Made by a program: the position numbers and the translations under genes
Notes under the pieces: model-generated
What the model saw: the letters and a program-made list of their open reading frames with translations, nothing else
The model's database searches: none
Told to the model about the DNA's origin: nothing
Assembly (NCBI GenBank): GCA_050287845.1
Contig: JBNKCR010000052.1
Span: forward strand, 1-31,370
DNA from: Polyangia bacterium
GTDB taxonomy: Bacteria; Myxococcota_A; Polyangia; JAAYKL01
Length of the DNA stretch: 31,370 bases
Direction: 5' to 3'
In this document: piece by piece, positions 28,265-31,370 of the stretch
Layout: the number at the start of each line of letters is the position of its first letter
Position numbering within the stretch: the stretch's first letter is position 1

Positions 28265-29530
28265 ATGAAAAAAATTTATATACTGGGCGGTGCGCAAACC
28301 GACTTTGAACGAAACTGGACCAAAGAGGGCAAAAGCTTTGTGGCCATGATGACCGAGGTGGTCCACCAGACCCTGGAGACGGTGGGACTGGAAATGGAAG
28401 AGATAAGAGGGCTCAACGAAGCGGGTCGGATGTCCGGATTCATCGCCAACTTCGGCGGCGAACGTTACCTGAACCAGGCCCACCTGAACGCATTTCTCGA
28501 CGAAGTGGACGATGCCTTCATCGGCATGCCGGCCATCCGGTACGAATCGGCCTGCGCATCCGGTTCCGCGGCGCTGCTCTCCGCCATTCACCAGCTCGGA
28601 AACGGTGTGGACGTGGGCATGGTGCTCGGCATTGAAATCATGAAATCCCTCAACTCACTGGATGGGGCGTCGGTGCTCGGCGGTGCGGCCTTCTATGAGC
28701 AGGAGGCCGCAGGAAAAAAATATCCCTTCCCCGAGCTGTTCGGCCAACTGGCCCTGGACACCATTCGCAAGTATCACCTGAATGAGTCAAGGTACATGGA
28801 CCACCTGGCCATCATTGCCAACAAGAATTATAAGAACGCCAAACGCAACCCCAACGCCCAGACCCGAAAATGGTTCATGAACCTGGCCCATGCCCAGACC
28901 CGGGGCGTGGAATACAATCCGCTGGTGGGCGCCGGACTGGCGGTATCTGACTGTTCCCAGATTACCGATGGCAGCGCCTGCCTGCTGCTGTGCACCGAAA
29001 CCTATGCCAGGGAATACTGCGACACCCACGGCGTGTCCCTCGACGCGCTTCCCTTTATCGCGGGCTGGGGACACCGTCATGCGCCGGTCAGCTATCGCAA
29101 GAAAATGGCGTACGCAAAGAACCACGACTGCATTCTGCCATTCACCCGCATGGCCATCGAAGACGCCTATCGGATGGCGGGGATAACGGTCAGTGATTTG
29201 GATCTCATTGAAACCCACGACTGTTTCACATCGAGTGAATACGCCGCCATTTCGTGTTTTGGCATCACTCCGCCCGGCAAGGAGTTCGAGGCCATTGAAT
29301 CCGGAAAAATTTTCTCCAACGGCGACCTGCCGGTTAACCCCAGCGGCGGATTGATTGGCGGCGGACACCCGGTGGGGGCCACCGGCGTGCGCATGATGCT
29401 CGATTTGTACAACCAGATCGGTGAAAAAGCCGAAAAATACCAGGTCAAAAACGCCCGCACCGCTGCCATGCTCAACCTGGGCGGTTCCGCCACCTCCAAC
29501 TTTGCCTTCGTGGTAAAACGGTCGGCGTGA
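28265..29530 (+). CDS. Acetyl-CoA acetyltransferase (SCP2-type thiolase)
   Basis: ESACASG, DCSQITDG, ETHDCF, NPSGGL..GHPVGATGVR. Confidence 0.92.
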   Translation: MKKIYILGGAQTDFERNWTKEGKSFVAMMTEVVHQTLETVGLEMEEIRGLNEAGRMSGFIANFGGERYLNQAHLNAFLDEVDDAFIGMPAIRYESACASGSAALLSAIHQLGNGVDVGMVLGIEIMKSLNSLDGASVLGGAAFYEQEAAGKKYPFPELFGQLALDTIRKYHLNESRYMDHLAIIANKNYKNAKRNPNAQTRKWFMNLAHAQTRGVEYNPLVGAGLAVSDCSQITDGSACLLLCTETYAREYCDTHGVSLDALPFIAGWGHRHAPVSYRKKMAYAKNHDCILPFTRMAIEDAYRMAGITVSDLDLIETHDCFTSSEYAAISCFGITPPGKEFEAIESGKIFSNGDLPVNPSGGLIGGGHPVGATGVRMMLDLYNQIGEKAEKYQVKNARTAAMLNLGGSATSNFAFVVKRSA

Positions 29531-29572
29531 ACCGCGACTCGAATCCGAATACAGTTGAGGGCTTATTCCAGC

Positions 29573-29631
29573 AGATCTATCACAAATCTGAAAATACCGT
29601 TGTCAGCAGTGTAATTTTTCCCCCTCGACGA
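29573..29631 (+). repeat. ~57-bp dispersed repeat, copy 2
   Basis: Matches the reverse complement of 213-268. Confidence 0.85.
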
Positions 29632-29703
29632 CGGAGGTTGTTGTAAAAGGAAAATCTGGACGCATCACAAAAACAAAGCAGGGACGGTCTTGAAAAGTGA
29701 TTC

Positions 29704-31370
29704 GTGGCCAGTAACTCAACCAGCATTATTTTGAATGATTTTATATCCCATTGATTTTGCGATGGATTTTATTCTATTTAGTCGACTTGTTTGAAACTGC
29801 GCTTCGTAACTTTCTTCACCAATGTCTACATAGTCCTGCCCATATTTAAGCATTCTAAAAGCAAGCGTTGCCAGCTTTCTTGCTGTTGAAAATACGGCAA
29901 CGGTCATCCCCTTTCTTCGCGAAATTCGTCTTAAGTATGCCCCTATTGCAGTTTTAGAATTTTTTAAGGCTACCGCTGACATTCTCATAGCCTGGGATAT
30001 TTGTGTTGAGCCAATACTGATTTTCTTTTTCTTCACAGGTTTTCCGCCAGAAATAGCTGTTTTGGGAGAAAGACGCAACCATGATACGAAATGCTTTTCA
30101 GTTGGAAATCTAGAGAGATCAATTCCTATTTCTGTAACAAGTACCTCCGCAGCGCGGACACCAATCCCATCTATACGAGTAAGATCTACACCAGTTAATC
30201 GCCACAGTTCTGTTCTGAGCTCCTGTTCACCTCGCTTTTTAAATTCCTTCTCCTTTTTAGATTTGGGATGCGCCGGGACCGGTTCTTCAGAGCGTTCGGG
30301 AGGCTGAAGCTTTTTTAATTCGTGCAATATCATATGATCGTATGAAGCAATCATGTCGCCTAATTGATCAAATAGCCGAAGAGCCATTTTCAGATTGAAA
30401 AGGTGCTCCTCTCGCCAGGTACCCGTAAGATGCGCTGCAATTTCATCCAGAGATTTCTTACAGCGAGGATCTCGCAGCAAAGCAAGTTTTTGGGGATCGC
30501 GTTCACCGGAAACGATTTCCCGTATTATGGAAAGGCCGGTCTTTCCGGTTATGTCGGTAACAGCTCGATGGACCTGAATATTCATCTGGTCAAGCGACTT
30601 TTGCATCCACTGCACGGTTTTGGATTGCTCAGCAGTCAAATTCGCACTTTGCCGTCGCAAAGCACGCAATCGACATATTGCTTCGTCCGGACGGAAAGAG
30701 CCTTTCAATAATCCACAACTGTGAAGGAGTTGCAGCCATTGGCAGTCCTGCATGTCTGTTTTACGCCCAGGTACATGGCTTAACTGACGCGCGTTGACAA
30801 GAATCACCTGAATCCCTTGGGATTCAAGCAATTCGTACAGGGGAATCCAGTATACGCCCGTACTTTCCATCGCTACAGATTCAACATTCTGCTCAATTAG
30901 CCATTCAGCAATCTCCAGCAAATGAGGCGTTGTGGTGGCGAATACACGTACATTCGTCTCGACATTGGGTCCTGGCGGACAGCAAACCCAATGCTCTCTG
31001 CTTCCCAAATCAATTCCGGCAGCATGAGGATGAATAACCGGTAAAGAATGAACATTCACTTTTTGTTTCGACTTTTTCTTTTTGCGGACTGCCATAGCAT
31101 AATCTCCTTTGCTGTACCGTTTTACTGGTACCAAAGCGACGGCCCGAGGTGGCAAACTTGTGGACTCTGGCCAGGGGGAGTGTCGCGAGGACCTCACCAA
31201 TGAATGATGGCCTGCTCGGAACCAAACTGAGAAAGGGGCATGAGCTCCAGTCGGATCATGGGTCTTACTGCCGTCACCCAGTACAGAAAAATCATAACCT
31301 GGTAGGACTATCGCGAAACAGTTACTTCCTGAATGATCGGGCAAGCAGGGCCAGGTGGCCGCACTGAGAA
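29704..31370 (-). mobile_element. Second IS110 element with a long upstream noncoding end (ends approximate; may extend beyond the window)
   Basis: AT-richer transposase gene with at least 275 bp of noncoding sequence 5' of it and an apparently short 3' end. Confidence 0.7.
29716..31095 (-). CDS. IS110-family transposase (459 aa)
   Basis: ATG at 31095 after AAAGGAG. AAGIDLG, MESTGVYW, GRKTDMQDCQW, DLTRIDGIG, ISGG, ARKLA. Confidence 0.93.
   Translation of the reverse strand: MAVRKKKKSKQKVNVHSLPVIHPHAAGIDLGSREHWVCCPPGPNVETNVRVFATTTPHLLEIAEWLIEQNVESVAMESTGVYWIPLYELLESQGIQVILVNARQLSHVPGRKTDMQDCQWLQLLHSCGLLKGSFRPDEAICRLRALRRQSANLTAEQSKTVQWMQKSLDQMNIQVHRAVTDITGKTGLSIIREIVSGERDPQKLALLRDPRCKKSLDEIAAHLTGTWREEHLFNLKMALRLFDQLGDMIASYDHMILHELKKLQPPERSEEPVPAHPKSKKEKEFKKRGEQELRTELWRLTGVDLTRIDGIGVRAAEVLVTEIGIDLSRFPTEKHFVSWLRLSPKTAISGGKPVKKKKISIGSTQISQAMRMSAVALKNSKTAIGAYLRRISRRKGMTVAVFSTARKLATLAFRMLKYGQDYVDIGEESYEAQFQTSRLNRIKSIAKSMGYKIIQNNAG

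Noticed and set aside
31096..31344. 83-aa N-terminal extension of the second transposase (542-aa ORF)
   Set aside because: A strong RBS precedes the ATG at 31095, and the extension overlaps the expected noncoding end.

Overview
Bacterial DNA, most likely from a Myxococcota/deltaproteobacterial genome (pilB-pilT-pilC-pilS order, TSP3-OmpA protein, Cys-rich and Asp-Thr-repeat lipoproteins). The window opens with the 3' end of a class C group II intron and a DUF1016(N)-thermonuclease fusion gene. A core block follows: MlaE/F/D-type ABC transporter, type IV pilus genes, LpoA-like lipoprotein, ArsA-like ATPase, TonB-like protein, OmpA/TSP3 protein and a Cys-rich lipoprotein. The 18.6-25 kb accessory region is rich in REP-like palindromes. 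It carries a DUF1566 lipoprotein, an Rpn gene bracketed by a ~213-bp direct repeat, a circularly permuted GH53 galactanase and a complete IS110/IS1111-type element inserted into a REP repeat. That element's noncoding end contains guide segments matching both its target and its own end (a bridge RNA candidate), and a junction promoter can be reconstructed. The window ends with a GNAT/deacetylase/3-hydroxyacyl-CoA dehydrogenase/thiolase operon and a second, unrelated IS110. All calls were made by eye, with no database searches.
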